NCBI GenBank assembly: GCA_041494245.1 | Contig: JBGQAK010000014.1 | Location: 7,664-71,663 of the forward strand | Direction: 5' to 3' | DNA: 64,000 nt | DNA from: Thermoanaerobaculaceae bacterium | GTDB taxonomy: Bacteria > Acidobacteriota > Thermoanaerobaculia > Thermoanaerobaculales > Thermoanaerobaculaceae | Shown here: piece after piece, positions 8,229 to 17,933 of the stretch | Layout: each line of letters starts with the position of its first letter | Numbering within the stretch: the first letter of the stretch is position 1 | Notes under the pieces: model-generated | Databases searched by the model: none | The model's input: only the letters and a program-made list of their open reading frames with translations | Told to the model about the DNA's origin: nothing | Position numbers and translations under genes: made by a program

Positions 8229-9590
8229 ATGCGAATCGGCCGACTGATCGCGCTCACGCTGGTGGTGCTCGGCCTGGGCGCGTACATCTTCTTCGTCGAG
8301 CGCCACAAGCCCACCACCGACGATTTCAAGGAGCGGGAAGGCAAGGTGTTCACCGGCTTCGACCAGGCCAAGGCGCGGCGCGTCGTGGTCATCAACTCCC
8401 ACGGTCGCTTCGAGCTCGCCAAGGACAAGGACACGTGGAACCTGACCGCGCCGATCGCCGACCAGGCGAACCAGGGTTCGGTCTCGAGCCTGCTGTTCGC
8501 GCTCGGCGGGCTGAAGTCCGAGCGAACGCTGGCTGCCAAGGACGTCAAGCTGTCCGACTACGGCCTCGACAAGCCCGCGCTCTCGGTCACCGTCACCGAC
8601 GAGGGCGGCACGAGCTACACGCTGAAGCTCGGCGGTGAGATGCCGCTCGGCAACGAGCGCGCGGCGCTCGGCGGCGGCGACACCCTCTACCTCGTGAACA
8701 AGTTCATCGCCACCGACCTCGACAAGGACCTTGCCGGCTGGCGCTCCGACCAGCTGACGCAGGTGTATTCGGCGGACGTGGCCTCGCTGACCGTGGCGTG
8801 GCCCGCTGGCCAGGTGGCGCTGGCCCACACGGGAGCGCTGTGGACGATCACCGCGCCGACCCCGGAGCTCGCGGACCGCGACCGAGCCGACGCCGTGATC
8901 GGCGACATCTCGGGCGCCCGCATCAAGGAGTTCGTGGACGGCGCCCCGGACCTCAAGGGCATGGGGCTGGAGCCGCCGCGGTTCGCCGTCACGATCGTGC
9001 GCCGGGGGGCCGACGCCGCACCGGTGGTGCTCGCGCTCGGCAACGAACGCGATGCCAAGGACGGCAAGCAGGTGGTGTGCCGGCGCGGCGAGCGCGTCGT
9101 CTGGGTCGAGGCGAAGACCGCCGGGCGACTGGCGGGTCCGTGGCAGGAGTGGCGCTCGAAGAAGCTGGTCCAGCTCGACAGCTGGGCCGCGAACAAGCTC
9201 GAGCTCGAGGCCGGAAGCTCGAAGGCGGTGGTGGAGAGCAAGGACGGGATCTGGAAGGCGGGCACCACCGAGGTGGACGCCGACGCCGTGAGCCGGCGCC
9301 TGTCGACGCTCGCCGAGTTCGAAGTAACGGAGTTCGACCGACCCAGGCCGACCGGCGCCCCGCTCGGCCGGATCAAGGTGTCCGGCGAGGGGTTCACGGT
9401 GGAGGCAAGCTTCTACCCCGGCGCGAGAGCGGCCGAAGCCGTGGCGGTGGTCGCCGGCCGCACCGGCGGCCTGGCCGTGGACGGCGCGAGGGTGAAGGAG
9501 CTGCTGGCCGACCCCGCCGCGCTCGCGAGGCCGAAGCCCACGCCGACCGCCACCGCGAAGCCCGCCCCCACCCCGGTCGGGAAGAAATAG
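8229..9590 (+). CDS. DUF4340 domain protein
   Basis: Single N-terminal TM. This is the usual fourth gene of GldA/F/G-type clusters. Pro/Thr/Ala-rich tail. Confidence 0.7.
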   Translation: MRIGRLIALTLVVLGLGAYIFFVERHKPTTDDFKEREGKVFTGFDQAKARRVVVINSHGRFELAKDKDTWNLTAPIADQANQGSVSSLLFALGGLKSERTLAAKDVKLSDYGLDKPALSVTVTDEGGTSYTLKLGGEMPLGNERAALGGGDTLYLVNKFIATDLDKDLAGWRSDQLTQVYSADVASLTVAWPAGQVALAHTGALWTITAPTPELADRDRADAVIGDISGARIKEFVDGAPDLKGMGLEPPRFAVTIVRRGADAAPVVLALGNERDAKDGKQVVCRRGERVVWVEAKTAGRLAGPWQEWRSKKLVQLDSWAANKLELEAGSSKAVVESKDGIWKAGTTEVDADAVSRRLSTLAEFEVTEFDRPRPTGAPLGRIKVSGEGFTVEASFYPGARAAEAVAVVAGRTGGLAVDGARVKELLADPAALARPKPTPTATAKPAPTPVGKK

Positions 9591-9625
9591 GTCCCGGGCT
9601 CTGCTCCCGTGGCGAGCGGCCAGCA

Positions 9626-10987
9626 CTACTCGCCCTCCTCGGCGGCGATGCCGAGGCGGCGGATCATCTCGTTAAGGGTGGATGGACGCACGCGCAGCAT
9701 CTGCGCGGCGCGGCGCTGCACCCCGCCGCAGCGCGCAAGGGAGGCCTCGATGAGGGCACGCGTGTAGCCGTTGACGGCCTCCTTGAGGTCGAGCCCTTCG
9801 GCCGGGAGCTGTGCCGCCGGTACCGGCTCGGGGGAGAGCACCTCGGAGGGAAGCAGGTCCACGTCGATGGTGTCGCCCGGGCAGAGCACAACCGCCCGCT
9901 CGACGACGTTCTCGAGCTGCCTCACGTTACCCGGCCAGTGGTATCCCAGCAACACGTCGAGGGCACGCGGGGTCAGGGAGAGGTTTGGTTTCTTGTTCTC
10001 CTCGCCGTAGCGGCGCAGGAAGACGGTGGCCAGCGCCGGGATGTCCTCGCGGCGGTCGCGCAACGGCGGCAGCTCGATGGTGATCACGTTCAACCGGTAG
10101 AAGAGATCCTCGCGGAACCCGCCGTCGGACACCATGCGCGTGAGATCCGCGTTGGTGGCGGCGATGATCCGCACGTCCACCTTGATGTTCTGCTCGCCAC
10201 CCACCGGGATGAACTCGCGCTCCTGGATCACCCGCAGCAGCTTGGCCTGCGTGGGTGGGGTGATGGTGCCGATCTCGTCCAGGAAGATCGTGCCGGCGTC
10301 CGCGACCTCGAAGAGCCCGCGCCGGCTGGCCACCGCGCCGGTGAACGCGCCGCGCACGTGTCCGAACAGCGTGGACTCCAGCAGGTCGGTGGGCACCGAC
10401 CCCGTGTTGACCACCACGAAGGGGCCTTCCGCGCGGGGGGAGAGCTGGTGGATGGCGCGCGCCAGGAGCTCCTTCCCGGTCCCGGACTCGCCGGTGAGCA
10501 GGATGTTGGAGCGCGAAGGCGCCGCCCGCCGTACCAGCTCGATGACGCGCTCCATCGCCTGCGTACGCCACACCAGGGTGCCGAGCCCCTCCAGGCGCTG
10601 GCGCAGGTCCCTGTTCTCGGTGCGCAGGCGGCGCTGCTCCAACCCCTTGCGGACCGTGAGGACGACCTCCTGGTTCTTGAACGGCTTGGCGATGTAGTGG
10701 AAGGCCCCCTCCCGCATCGCGGCGATGGCGGTCTCCACGGAGGAGTAGGCGGTGATCACGACCACCACGACCTCGGGGTCGCGCACCTTGAGCTCCTTGA
10801 GAACTTCGAGCCCCGGCTTGTCGGGCAGCATGAGGTCGAGGAGCACCAGGTCGACCTCGGACTCCTCGGCCTGGCGCAGCCCCTCCGCCGCCGTCAACGC
10901 CTGGACGACCTGGAAGCCCTCACGGCGCAGCAGGGTGGCCAGCACGTCCTGGAGCACCGGCTCGTCGTCAATGATCAGGATTCTCAT
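9626..10987 (-). CDS. sigma-54-dependent response regulator (NtrC family)
   Basis: Receiver domain (MRILIIDDEP), AAA+ GESGTGKELLA, sigma-54 contact GAFTGA, C-terminal Fis-type HTH. Confidence 0.92.
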   Translation of the reverse strand: MRILIIDDEPVLQDVLATLLRREGFQVVQALTAAEGLRQAEESEVDLVLLDLMLPDKPGLEVLKELKVRDPEVVVVVITAYSSVETAIAAMREGAFHYIAKPFKNQEVVLTVRKGLEQRRLRTENRDLRQRLEGLGTLVWRTQAMERVIELVRRAAPSRSNILLTGESGTGKELLARAIHQLSPRAEGPFVVVNTGSVPTDLLESTLFGHVRGAFTGAVASRRGLFEVADAGTIFLDEIGTITPPTQAKLLRVIQEREFIPVGGEQNIKVDVRIIAATNADLTRMVSDGGFREDLFYRLNVITIELPPLRDRREDIPALATVFLRRYGEENKKPNLSLTPRALDVLLGYHWPGNVRQLENVVERAVVLCPGDTIDVDLLPSEVLSPEPVPAAQLPAEGLDLKEAVNGYTRALIEASLARCGGVQRRAAQMLRVRPSTLNEMIRRLGIAAEEGE

Positions 10988-13761
10988 GCGTTCTCCAGTT
11001 TGGCCGGTAGCTCCACCCGCATCACGGTGCCCCCTCCTGGATTGGGCAGTGCCTGGATGGTGCCGCCGTGGGCGGCCACGATGTCACGCGTGATGGCGAG
11101 GCCGAGCCCGGTCCCGCCGCGCCCCTGGCGCCCCGTGACGAACGGCTCAAAGATGTGGTCGCGCAGCTCGTCGGGCACTCCGGGCCCGGTGTCCCTGACC
11201 TCGAACCAGACCTTGTCGCCGTTGCTCCCGACCCGGACCTCGACCTTACCCACCGGACCGGTCGCCTGCAGGGCGTTGCGCAGCAGGTTGTGGATCACCA
11301 GCTCGAGCTGCACCCGGTTGACGTTGGCGACGACGTTCTCCGCCGGCCGTATTTCGAGCTCGACGTTGGCCCTCTCGGCCTCGGGCCGCATCTGGCCCAT
11401 CTCCTCGCGTGCTAGCTCGGAGAGATCCACGAGCTGGCGCTCGAAGCCGGACGGGCGGGCGAGCTCCAGGAGGTTGGTCACGATCCGGGACACCCGGAAC
11501 GCCTGCTCCTCGAGCTTGGAGGCCAACGGCGCGCGCGGGTCGTTTGTGGGGGTGAGCTCGCGGAGCAGCTGTGCGTACGAAGCTATGCCGGTGACCGGCG
11601 TGTTGACCTCGTGGGCGAGGCCGGCGGCGAGGCGGCCGAGGGCCGCCAGGCGTTCCTGCTCGGCGAGCCGCTGCTCGAGGCTGAGCTGCTCCGAGATGTC
11701 GTCGAGGGCCACCACCCGGCCGTCGAACCGGCCTGGCTCCACCTCGAGGGCCGATGTGGACAGCAGCGCTGTCCGGTGCTCCCCGCCGGTCGAGAACCGC
11801 ACCTGGACGCCCGCGAGGTCGCTGGGCAGGTAGCTGCGCCACTCGGGGCTGAGCTCCACCAGCGTGTGCAGGAACTCCCCCACGAGCCGCGCGGGCTCAC
11901 GGCGCAGCAGCGCGCCCGCGCGCTCGTTGGCGCGCAAGACCCTTCCCGAGGCGTCGCAGATCATCAGCGCCGCCGCGGAGAACTGGAAGATGCGCTCGAG
12001 GTAGTCCTCGAGGAGGCGATGCTCCTCCAACTGCCGGCGCAGGTTGGCCATCAGGAGTGTGTTCTCGAGGGCGAGGGCCGCCTGGGCGGTGAGCGCGCCG
12101 ACGAGGCGCCGCTCGCCGTGCCCGAGGGGCAGCTCGCCGTGGCGGCGGCCGCAGTAGACCAGGCCGATCACGCGCCCGTCACGCTCGATGGGGAAGCGGT
12201 GCCACAGCCCGCGCTCCACCAGCGGCATCTCGGCCTCGGTGGGGAAGGTCCCACGTACCTGGTCGGTGGTCAGCGTCGGCCATCCCTCCTGCGAGCCGCC
12301 GGAGGGGTAGAGACGTCCGCCCAGGGCAAGGTAGGTCGCCACCCGGTCCACCGCGAGCGCGTCGCGCAGGAGCTGGGCCAGGCGTTGCAGCAGCGCGTCG
12401 GGGTCGCGGTGGGCGACGGCCTCCTCGGCAAAGGCGGTGAGGGCGCGGCGGGCGGCCAGCCGTTCCCGGTACTGCAGGCGTTCCATTCCCTCCAGGAGCA
12501 GCCGGCGCGCAGGCACCGTGAGCGTCGCGAGTAGGACTCCGCCGGCCACCGCCACGAGGTTGCGCCAGTTGCCGAGGCGGAACCCGAACTGCGTGACCGC
12601 GTAGTTGAGGAAGGCGAAGCTCACGCCCCCGAGGATCACCGCGACGCCAGTGGCCAGCACCTGGCGCGAGATCTCCTCCAGGTCCCACAGGCGGAACTCC
12701 AGCAGCGAGGATGCGACCCCGAGGGGCACGAGCGCCAGCGGGAGCAGGGAGATCCAGGTGAGCACCTCGAGCTGCGCCCCCGCCCACTGCGGGATCAGCG
12801 AGAGCAGTAGGTAGGGCGTGAAGCCCGCCGCAGCGCCCAGCGCCACCCACTCGACTTGGCGCCTCCGCGTGGGGTCGCCGCGGTAGCTGATGTAGGCGCG
12901 CACCGAGAGCGCGGCCGCGGCCAGCACCCCCAGTACGGCGAGCACGGCGGTGGCGGTGTCGAGCGCCTCGGGCAGGAGAACGTCGCCCACCACCGGCGGC
13001 AGCCACCCGGTGGCCAGGGCGGTGCGCCCGGCCGCCAGTCCGAGGGAGGGGAGGAACACCAGCCACAGCCAGGAAAAGTGCTTGATGCGGGCCGGGAAGC
13101 TGGCAAAGAACACGACCAGGAGAGGCGGCAGCGCGAGCCTGCCGAAGTCGCGGACCAGGAGCAGGGGCTGCCAGCTCGGGTCGTTCTCGAGTGGAAACGG
13201 CACCACCACAGCCGCGAAGAGGGCCTCGGCGAGGGCCAGGAAGCGGCCCGCGTGGGCGGTGGGGTGGCCGAGGTAGACGATCGCCGCCACCGCCAGGGTG
13301 AACATCGCCGCGAACGCCACCAGCAGGTAGCGGACGTCCACCTGAGGGACGGGCGGGTAGTAGGCGATCTCGCCCACCTTGCCGTCGTGCATGACCGAGA
13401 GAGAGGACACCCTGCGCGAGTAGAGCGCACGCTCGAGGTCGTCGATCTTGGACGCCGGGACGCCGTCGATGGCGACGATGGTGTCCCCCCAGCCGAGGCC
13501 GGCGCGGGCTGCGCCGCTGCGCGGGTTCACGCCAAGGAGCAGGTAACCGTCGGCGTTGCGGATTGCCTGGAAGTCCAGCCGCTGGAACTCGCCCACCCGC
13601 CACACCGCCCCGACCAACCCGGCCGCCACGGTCACGATCCCGGCCAGCAGCAGGACCACGCTGCGAGCCGGGTGGCTGTGGAGCTTCAGCCAGCCCTTGC
13701 GGGGCAGCACGAAAAGGGCGGAATCCGCCGGTACGGGTGCCCGATCGTCCGTCACGTCCAC
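10984..13761 (-). CDS. polytopic sensor histidine kinase with N-terminal PDZ, GAF/PAS-like modules, HisKA and HATPase
   Basis: PDZ-like GLGWGDTIVAIDGVP, multiple TM helices, H-box HEVNTPVTGI, G-box GGTGLGLAI. 4-nt overlap with the response regulator. GTG start. Confidence 0.88.
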   Translation of the reverse strand: MDVTDDRAPVPADSALFVLPRKGWLKLHSHPARSVVLLLAGIVTVAAGLVGAVWRVGEFQRLDFQAIRNADGYLLLGVNPRSGAARAGLGWGDTIVAIDGVPASKIDDLERALYSRRVSSLSVMHDGKVGEIAYYPPVPQVDVRYLLVAFAAMFTLAVAAIVYLGHPTAHAGRFLALAEALFAAVVVPFPLENDPSWQPLLLVRDFGRLALPPLLVVFFASFPARIKHFSWLWLVFLPSLGLAAGRTALATGWLPPVVGDVLLPEALDTATAVLAVLGVLAAAALSVRAYISYRGDPTRRRQVEWVALGAAAGFTPYLLLSLIPQWAGAQLEVLTWISLLPLALVPLGVASSLLEFRLWDLEEISRQVLATGVAVILGGVSFAFLNYAVTQFGFRLGNWRNLVAVAGGVLLATLTVPARRLLLEGMERLQYRERLAARRALTAFAEEAVAHRDPDALLQRLAQLLRDALAVDRVATYLALGGRLYPSGGSQEGWPTLTTDQVRGTFPTEAEMPLVERGLWHRFPIERDGRVIGLVYCGRRHGELPLGHGERRLVGALTAQAALALENTLLMANLRRQLEEHRLLEDYLERIFQFSAAALMICDASGRVLRANERAGALLRREPARLVGEFLHTLVELSPEWRSYLPSDLAGVQVRFSTGGEHRTALLSTSALEVEPGRFDGRVVALDDISEQLSLEQRLAEQERLAALGRLAAGLAHEVNTPVTGIASYAQLLRELTPTNDPRAPLASKLEEQAFRVSRIVTNLLELARPSGFERQLVDLSELAREEMGQMRPEAERANVELEIRPAENVVANVNRVQLELVIHNLLRNALQATGPVGKVEVRVGSNGDKVWFEVRDTGPGVPDELRDHIFEPFVTGRQGRGGTGLGLAITRDIVAAHGGTIQALPNPGGGTVMRVELPAKLENA

Positions 13762-13944
13762 AACTCCGAATCATATACGAAATTCCGGACACCAGCGCTC
13801 GCGGCGCTCTCCTGCCGCTGCAAGCTCCGACGTGCCAAAGGCTTGGGTCTGCGCGGCTTGACTGCCTGGTCCCCGGGGTTCCCGGCGATCGGTCCCCTCG
13901 GCGTCAAGGCCTCACGAGTCGAGCCCCGGGGCCGCTGGGCGCTC

Positions 13945-14892
13945 TCAGGAGTTCTTCCGCAGGACGGCGTCGCCCGAGGCGGTGTGCACCTCGATCTCCA
14001 CACCCTCGCCAGAGCCTGCAAAGGACAGGCGGTGCTCCCGGCGGTCCGAGGATCCGGAAAAGTCCGAGGTAATGCGGCCGCTCGTGGTGCGGATCTCGCC
14101 GCGCAACGGCGTGCCCTCCGGCAGGTGCAGGCCGACGTCCCCGGAGGTCGTGCGGACGCGGATCTTTGCGCCGGAGGCGAGGTGATCCCACCCCACCGAC
14201 ACGGCGCCGGAGGACGTGTCGGCCATGAGGTCTCCGGTGAGCTTCTTGACCTTCACGTCGCCCGAGGAGGTGTCGACAAGGGCCTTGGCAGCACCGCTGT
14301 CGACGATCACGTCCCCCGACGAGGTGTCCGCCTCAACGACCGCGAGCGGGGGTCCGCTCAACCGGACGTCGCCGGAGGACGTCTTCACGATGAGCTCGCG
14401 CGCGCCCCCCGTGACCCGCACGTCGCCGGAGGACGTGGTGACCCGCACCGGACCGGCGAGCGGCGCCTCACCGCCGATCGCCACATCGCCCGAGGTGGTC
14501 CGGACCTCGAGGCGGCAGGACGGCGGCACGGTCAGCTCGAGCTTCCCTTTCGTGTGCAGGAACCCGATCATCAGAATGCCGCGCGTGCCCCTGGGCTGGG
14601 TCACCTCGAGGGTCGAGGGGGAGTCGTCGAACACCGGGGCGTTCCGCTCGATCCAGCGCTGGGTCCCCGCCCTGGAGCTGCCGCGGGCCTCCAGGTCCAC
14701 GGTGGCGGTAATGGCGTTCGCCTCGGCCACCTTGACCCGCACGTCAAGCGAGCGCACCTCGATCGTGACTAGCTTGCCCGGCGCCACCGGGAACGTGCGG
14801 CTCTCGTGGATGGACTGAGGGGTCGAAGACCGCTTGCATCCGGTCGTGACTATGAGGGTGACGAGCGCGAAGACGAGGACTGGGCGACACAT
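13945..14892 (-). CDS. DUF4097 family lipoprotein (beta-strand repeat, putative adhesin)
   Basis: Repeated TSSGDV motifs. Start trimmed to ATG 14892 (MCRPVLVFALVTLIVTTGC lipobox) with GGAGG 6 nt upstream. ORF track maximum is 14916. Confidence 0.8.
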   Translation of the reverse strand: MCRPVLVFALVTLIVTTGCKRSSTPQSIHESRTFPVAPGKLVTIEVRSLDVRVKVAEANAITATVDLEARGSSRAGTQRWIERNAPVFDDSPSTLEVTQPRGTRGILMIGFLHTKGKLELTVPPSCRLEVRTTSGDVAIGGEAPLAGPVRVTTSSGDVRVTGGARELIVKTSSGDVRLSGPPLAVVEADTSSGDVIVDSGAAKALVDTSSGDVKVKKLTGDLMADTSSGAVSVGWDHLASGAKIRVRTTSGDVGLHLPEGTPLRGEIRTTSGRITSDFSGSSDRREHRLSFAGSGEGVEIEVHTASGDAVLRKNS

Positions 14893-14943
14893 GTGGACCT
14901 CCATCACTCTCTTCAACGCAATCGGGGCGGCCAGGGTTCGCTG

Positions 14944-15120
14944 GGAGCCTGTCCGAGTAATACTCCGGCTGCGAATCCCGATGGCATCCGGCTGGCTGTG
15001 TCAGCCGTCGCGAAAAGTCCTCGACGTAGCTCTGGCTACGCCTGCGGGCTTTTCGCTCGCTTTCCTTGCCATCCGGCGCCCTTGGAATTCTCGCGTTCGT
15101 CGTTTACTCGGACAGGCTCC
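14944..15120. repeat. ~177-nt element closed by a perfect 17-bp inverted repeat with nested helices
   Basis: ggagcctgtccgagtaa (14944-14960) is the exact reverse complement of 15104-15120. Inner complementary pairs are listed in findings. Confidence 0.6.
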
Positions 15121-15551
15121 TAGGCCTGCATGGCATCCAGCATCTTCACCGCGAGCCTCAGGAAGTCCGCCTCGGTGACGATTCCCAGCTGGTTGTCGGT
15201 CTGGTCGACCACCGGAAGGCACCCATACTGGTCTTCAAGCATCACCCTGGCCGCCTCCCGCACCCGGGTGCCGGGAGGAACCGGGTACGCCTCCCGCATC
15301 AGCTCCCGGACCGGGACCTGCGCGAACAGGTGGTGCTCCGCCTCCCGGCTCACCTGGGCGAAGACCGAAAACGACGCCGCCAGCAGGTCACGGTGGGTGA
15401 GCAGCCCGACCAGCTTGGCGGCGCGCACCACCGGGAGGTGCCGCACGCGGCCGTGCTCCATGCAACGCCGGGCGTCGGCCAGTGTGTCGTCCTCCTCGAG
15501 GGTGACAACCTCGCGGGTCATGATGTCGCCGACGGTGAGCCGGTGGGGCAC
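15120..15551 (-). CDS. CBS domain pair protein
   Basis: C-terminal part of ORF 15120..15959: VGDIMTREVVTLEEDDTL...RHLPVV...GIVTEADFL. Start set at GTG 15551 (alternative ATG 15521). Upstream part of the ORF is non-protein-like. Confidence 0.75.
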   Translation of the reverse strand: MPHRLTVGDIMTREVVTLEEDDTLADARRCMEHGRVRHLPVVRAAKLVGLLTHRDLLAASFSVFAQVSREAEHHLFAQVPVRELMREAYPVPPGTRVREAARVMLEDQYGCLPVVDQTDNQLGIVTEADFLRLAVKMLDAMQA

Positions 15552-15577
15552 GCCGTGAGTATACCCGTGAACCGGGC

Positions 15578-15598
15578 GCCGAGCCCCGAGCCCCGAGC
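15578..15598. repeat. heptamer tract GCCGAG CCCCGAG CCCCGAG in the CBS/aconitase divergent spacer
   Basis: Read directly. Shares the 16-mer ccccgagccccgagct with 662-677. Confidence 0.8.
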
Positions 15599-15665
15599 TA
15601 TACTCTGCAGCTCGTGCCGGGGAAGCGGTTGCAAGTGTCGGAGGTTTCCCGGGAATGGGGGCACC

Positions 15666-17933
15666 ATGGCAGCCATCGAGAGCACTCCGGAGTTCGTGAA
15701 GGCGGTCTACGGGCACGGCCGGGAGCGCCTGGCGGTAATCCGCAAGCGCCTCGGCCGGCCATTGACCCTGGCGGAGAAGATCCTCTTCGGACACCTCGCC
15801 GACCCCGAGCACACCCAGCTCGACCCCGGCAAGGCGTACCTTGAGCTGCGGCCGGACCGAGTGGCGATGCAGGACGCGACCGCTCAGATGGCGCTGCTGC
15901 AGTTCATGCTCGCCAGGATGGACCGTACGGCTGTTCCCACCACCGTGCACTGCGACCACCTGATCGTGGCGCGCTCAGGTGCGGACAAGGACGTGGCCCG
16001 CGCCATCGAAACGAACAAGGAGGTCTACGAGTTCCTCCGGTCGGCCTCGGCGCGCTACGGCATCGGCTTCTGGAAGCCCGGCTCGGGGATCATCCACCAG
16101 GTCGTGCTGGAGAACTACGCCTTCCCAGGCGGGATGATGATCGGCACCGACTCGCACACGCCCAACGCCGGCGGCCTCGGCATGTTCGCCTCGGGCGTGG
16201 GCGGGGCCGACGCGGTAGACGTAATGGCCGGCTTCCCGTGGGAGGTGCTGCAGCCAAAGCTCATCGGCGTGCGCCTGAAGGGCGCGCTCTCGGGCTGGGC
16301 CGCGCCAAAGGACGTCATCCTGAAGCTCCTGGACGTCCTCACGGTGAAGGGTGGGACCAACGCGATCGTGGAGTTCTTCGGACCCGGTTGCGCCTCGATC
16401 TCCTGCACCGGCAAGGCGACCATCACAAACATGGGCGCGGAGCACGGCGCCACGACCTCGGTCTTCCCCTACGACCGGCGCATGGAGATCTATCTTCGAG
16501 CGACCCGGCGCAGCGCCATCGCGAACTTGTGCAACGCCAACCGCGAGCTGCTCGGCGCCGATCCCGAGGTGGAGAAGCAGCCGGAGAAGTTCTTCCACCG
16601 CGTGGTCGAGATCGACCTCGACACCCTGGAGCCGTACCTGGTGGGTCCGCACACGCCCGACCTGGCGCGCCCGCTCTCCAAGGTACCCGCCGCGGTGAAG
16701 GAGAACGGCTACCCGCCGGCCATCTCGGCGGCGCTCGTGGGCTCGTGCACCAACTCGTCCTACGAGGACATCGTGCGCGCGGCCGCCGTGGCCAGGGAGG
16801 CGATGGCCGCGGGCGTCAAGGCCCGGGTGCCGCTGCTCATCACGCCGGGCTCGGAGCAGGTCTACGCAACCGTTGAGCGCGACGGGCTACTTTCGGTTTT
16901 CAGGGAGTTCGGCGCTACGGTCCTGGCCAACGCCTGCGGGCCGTGCATCGGCCAGTGGCAGAGGGATGATTTCCCCAAGGGCACGCCCAACACCATCGTG
17001 AACTCGTTCAACCGCAACTTCCCGGCGCGCAACGACGGCAACCCGGCCACCCTCTCGTTCATCGCGTCACCCGAGGTCGTGGTGGCGTACTCGGTGGCCG
17101 GAACCCTGCTGCTCAACCCGGTGGCCGACGCGATCCCGGTCAACGGGAAGAAGGTCAGGCTCTCGCCGCCGCCGCCCGCACCCGAGGTGCCCGAGAAGGG
17201 GTTCGTCTTCAAGGCCGAGGGGTACATCGCGCCGCCGGACAAGCCGGAGGGCCTCTCGGTTGCGGTCGCGCCCGGCTCCGATCGGCTCCAGCTCCTCGAG
17301 CCGTTCGCGCCCTGGGACGGCAAGGACTTCGTGGAGCTGCCGGTCATCCTCAAGGCGAAGGGGAAGTGCACCACCGACCACATCTCGCCTGCCGGGCCGT
17401 GGCTGAAGTTCCGTGGCCACATCGACAACATCTCCAACAACATGTTCCTCGGCGCGGTCAACGCCTTCTCCGGCGAGGCCGGCAAGGGGAAGAACCCGGT
17501 CACCGGCGAGGTCGCGGAGTTCAACAAGATCGCGCGCGACCTCAAGGCCCGGGGGATGCGATGGGTTGCCGTGGGTGACGAGAACTACGGCGAAGGCTCC
17601 TCCCGCGAGCACGCCGCGATGGAGCCGCGTCACCTGGGCGGTGCGGCGATCATCGCCCGGTCGTTCGCGCGCATCCACGAGACCAACCTGAAGAAGCAGG
17701 GACTGCTGCCGCTCACCTTCACAAATCCCGGGGACTACGACAAGGTCCGGGAGGGCGACAGGGCCAGCATCGTGGGTCTCGCCAAGCTCGCGCCCGGCGC
17801 ACCCGTCAAGGTGGTCTTCCACCACGCCGACGGCACCAGGGACGAGGTCTCCTGCCGCCAGACGCTGAACGCAGAACAGATCGGGTGGTTTAAGGCAGGG
17901 TCAGCGCTCAACGTGCTCCGCAAGAAGCGGTAA
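15666..17933 (+). CDS. acn: aconitate hydratase (about 755 aa, mitochondrial-type)
   Basis: ORF 15066..17933 trimmed to MAAIESTPEFVKAVYGHG. Fe-S ligand regions GTDSHTPNAGGLG, VGSCTNSS, NACGPCIGQW. Confidence 0.93.
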   Translation: MAAIESTPEFVKAVYGHGRERLAVIRKRLGRPLTLAEKILFGHLADPEHTQLDPGKAYLELRPDRVAMQDATAQMALLQFMLARMDRTAVPTTVHCDHLIVARSGADKDVARAIETNKEVYEFLRSASARYGIGFWKPGSGIIHQVVLENYAFPGGMMIGTDSHTPNAGGLGMFASGVGGADAVDVMAGFPWEVLQPKLIGVRLKGALSGWAAPKDVILKLLDVLTVKGGTNAIVEFFGPGCASISCTGKATITNMGAEHGATTSVFPYDRRMEIYLRATRRSAIANLCNANRELLGADPEVEKQPEKFFHRVVEIDLDTLEPYLVGPHTPDLARPLSKVPAAVKENGYPPAISAALVGSCTNSSYEDIVRAAAVAREAMAAGVKARVPLLITPGSEQVYATVERDGLLSVFREFGATVLANACGPCIGQWQRDDFPKGTPNTIVNSFNRNFPARNDGNPATLSFIASPEVVVAYSVAGTLLLNPVADAIPVNGKKVRLSPPPPAPEVPEKGFVFKAEGYIAPPDKPEGLSVAVAPGSDRLQLLEPFAPWDGKDFVELPVILKAKGKCTTDHISPAGPWLKFRGHIDNISNNMFLGAVNAFSGEAGKGKNPVTGEVAEFNKIARDLKARGMRWVAVGDENYGEGSSREHAAMEPRHLGGAAIIARSFARIHETNLKKQGLLPLTFTNPGDYDKVREGDRASIVGLAKLAPGAPVKVVFHHADGTRDEVSCRQTLNAEQIGWFKAGSALNVLRKKR
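17877..17917 (+). repeat. direct repeat copy 1 (41 bp, inside the aconitase 3' end)
   Basis: cagatcgggtggtttaaggcagggtcagcgctcaacgtgct is identical to 18037-18077 (offset exactly 160 bp). Confidence 0.95.

Noticed and set aside
5868-9626. 1252-aa minus-strand ORF antisense to the ABC/GldG/DUF4340 genes. Similar giants occur at 8798-11833 (+), 31626-34589 (+), 642-2303 (+), 12856-14772 (+), 23201-25249 (-), 38177-40255 (-) and 59377-61194 (-).
   Set aside because: These are Arg/Gly/Pro/His-rich sequences of no recognisable family. Each lies exactly opposite a gene with clear family motifs, which is the expected shadow ORF of a GC-rich genome with few stop codons.
13819-13842. Sigma-54-like motif on the minus strand upstream of the PDZ histidine kinase (TTGGCAC-gtcggagc-TTGCAG).
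   Set aside because: Both half-sites look good, but the spacing is GG-N13-GC instead of the invariant GG-N10-GC, so it should not function as a -24/-12 promoter.
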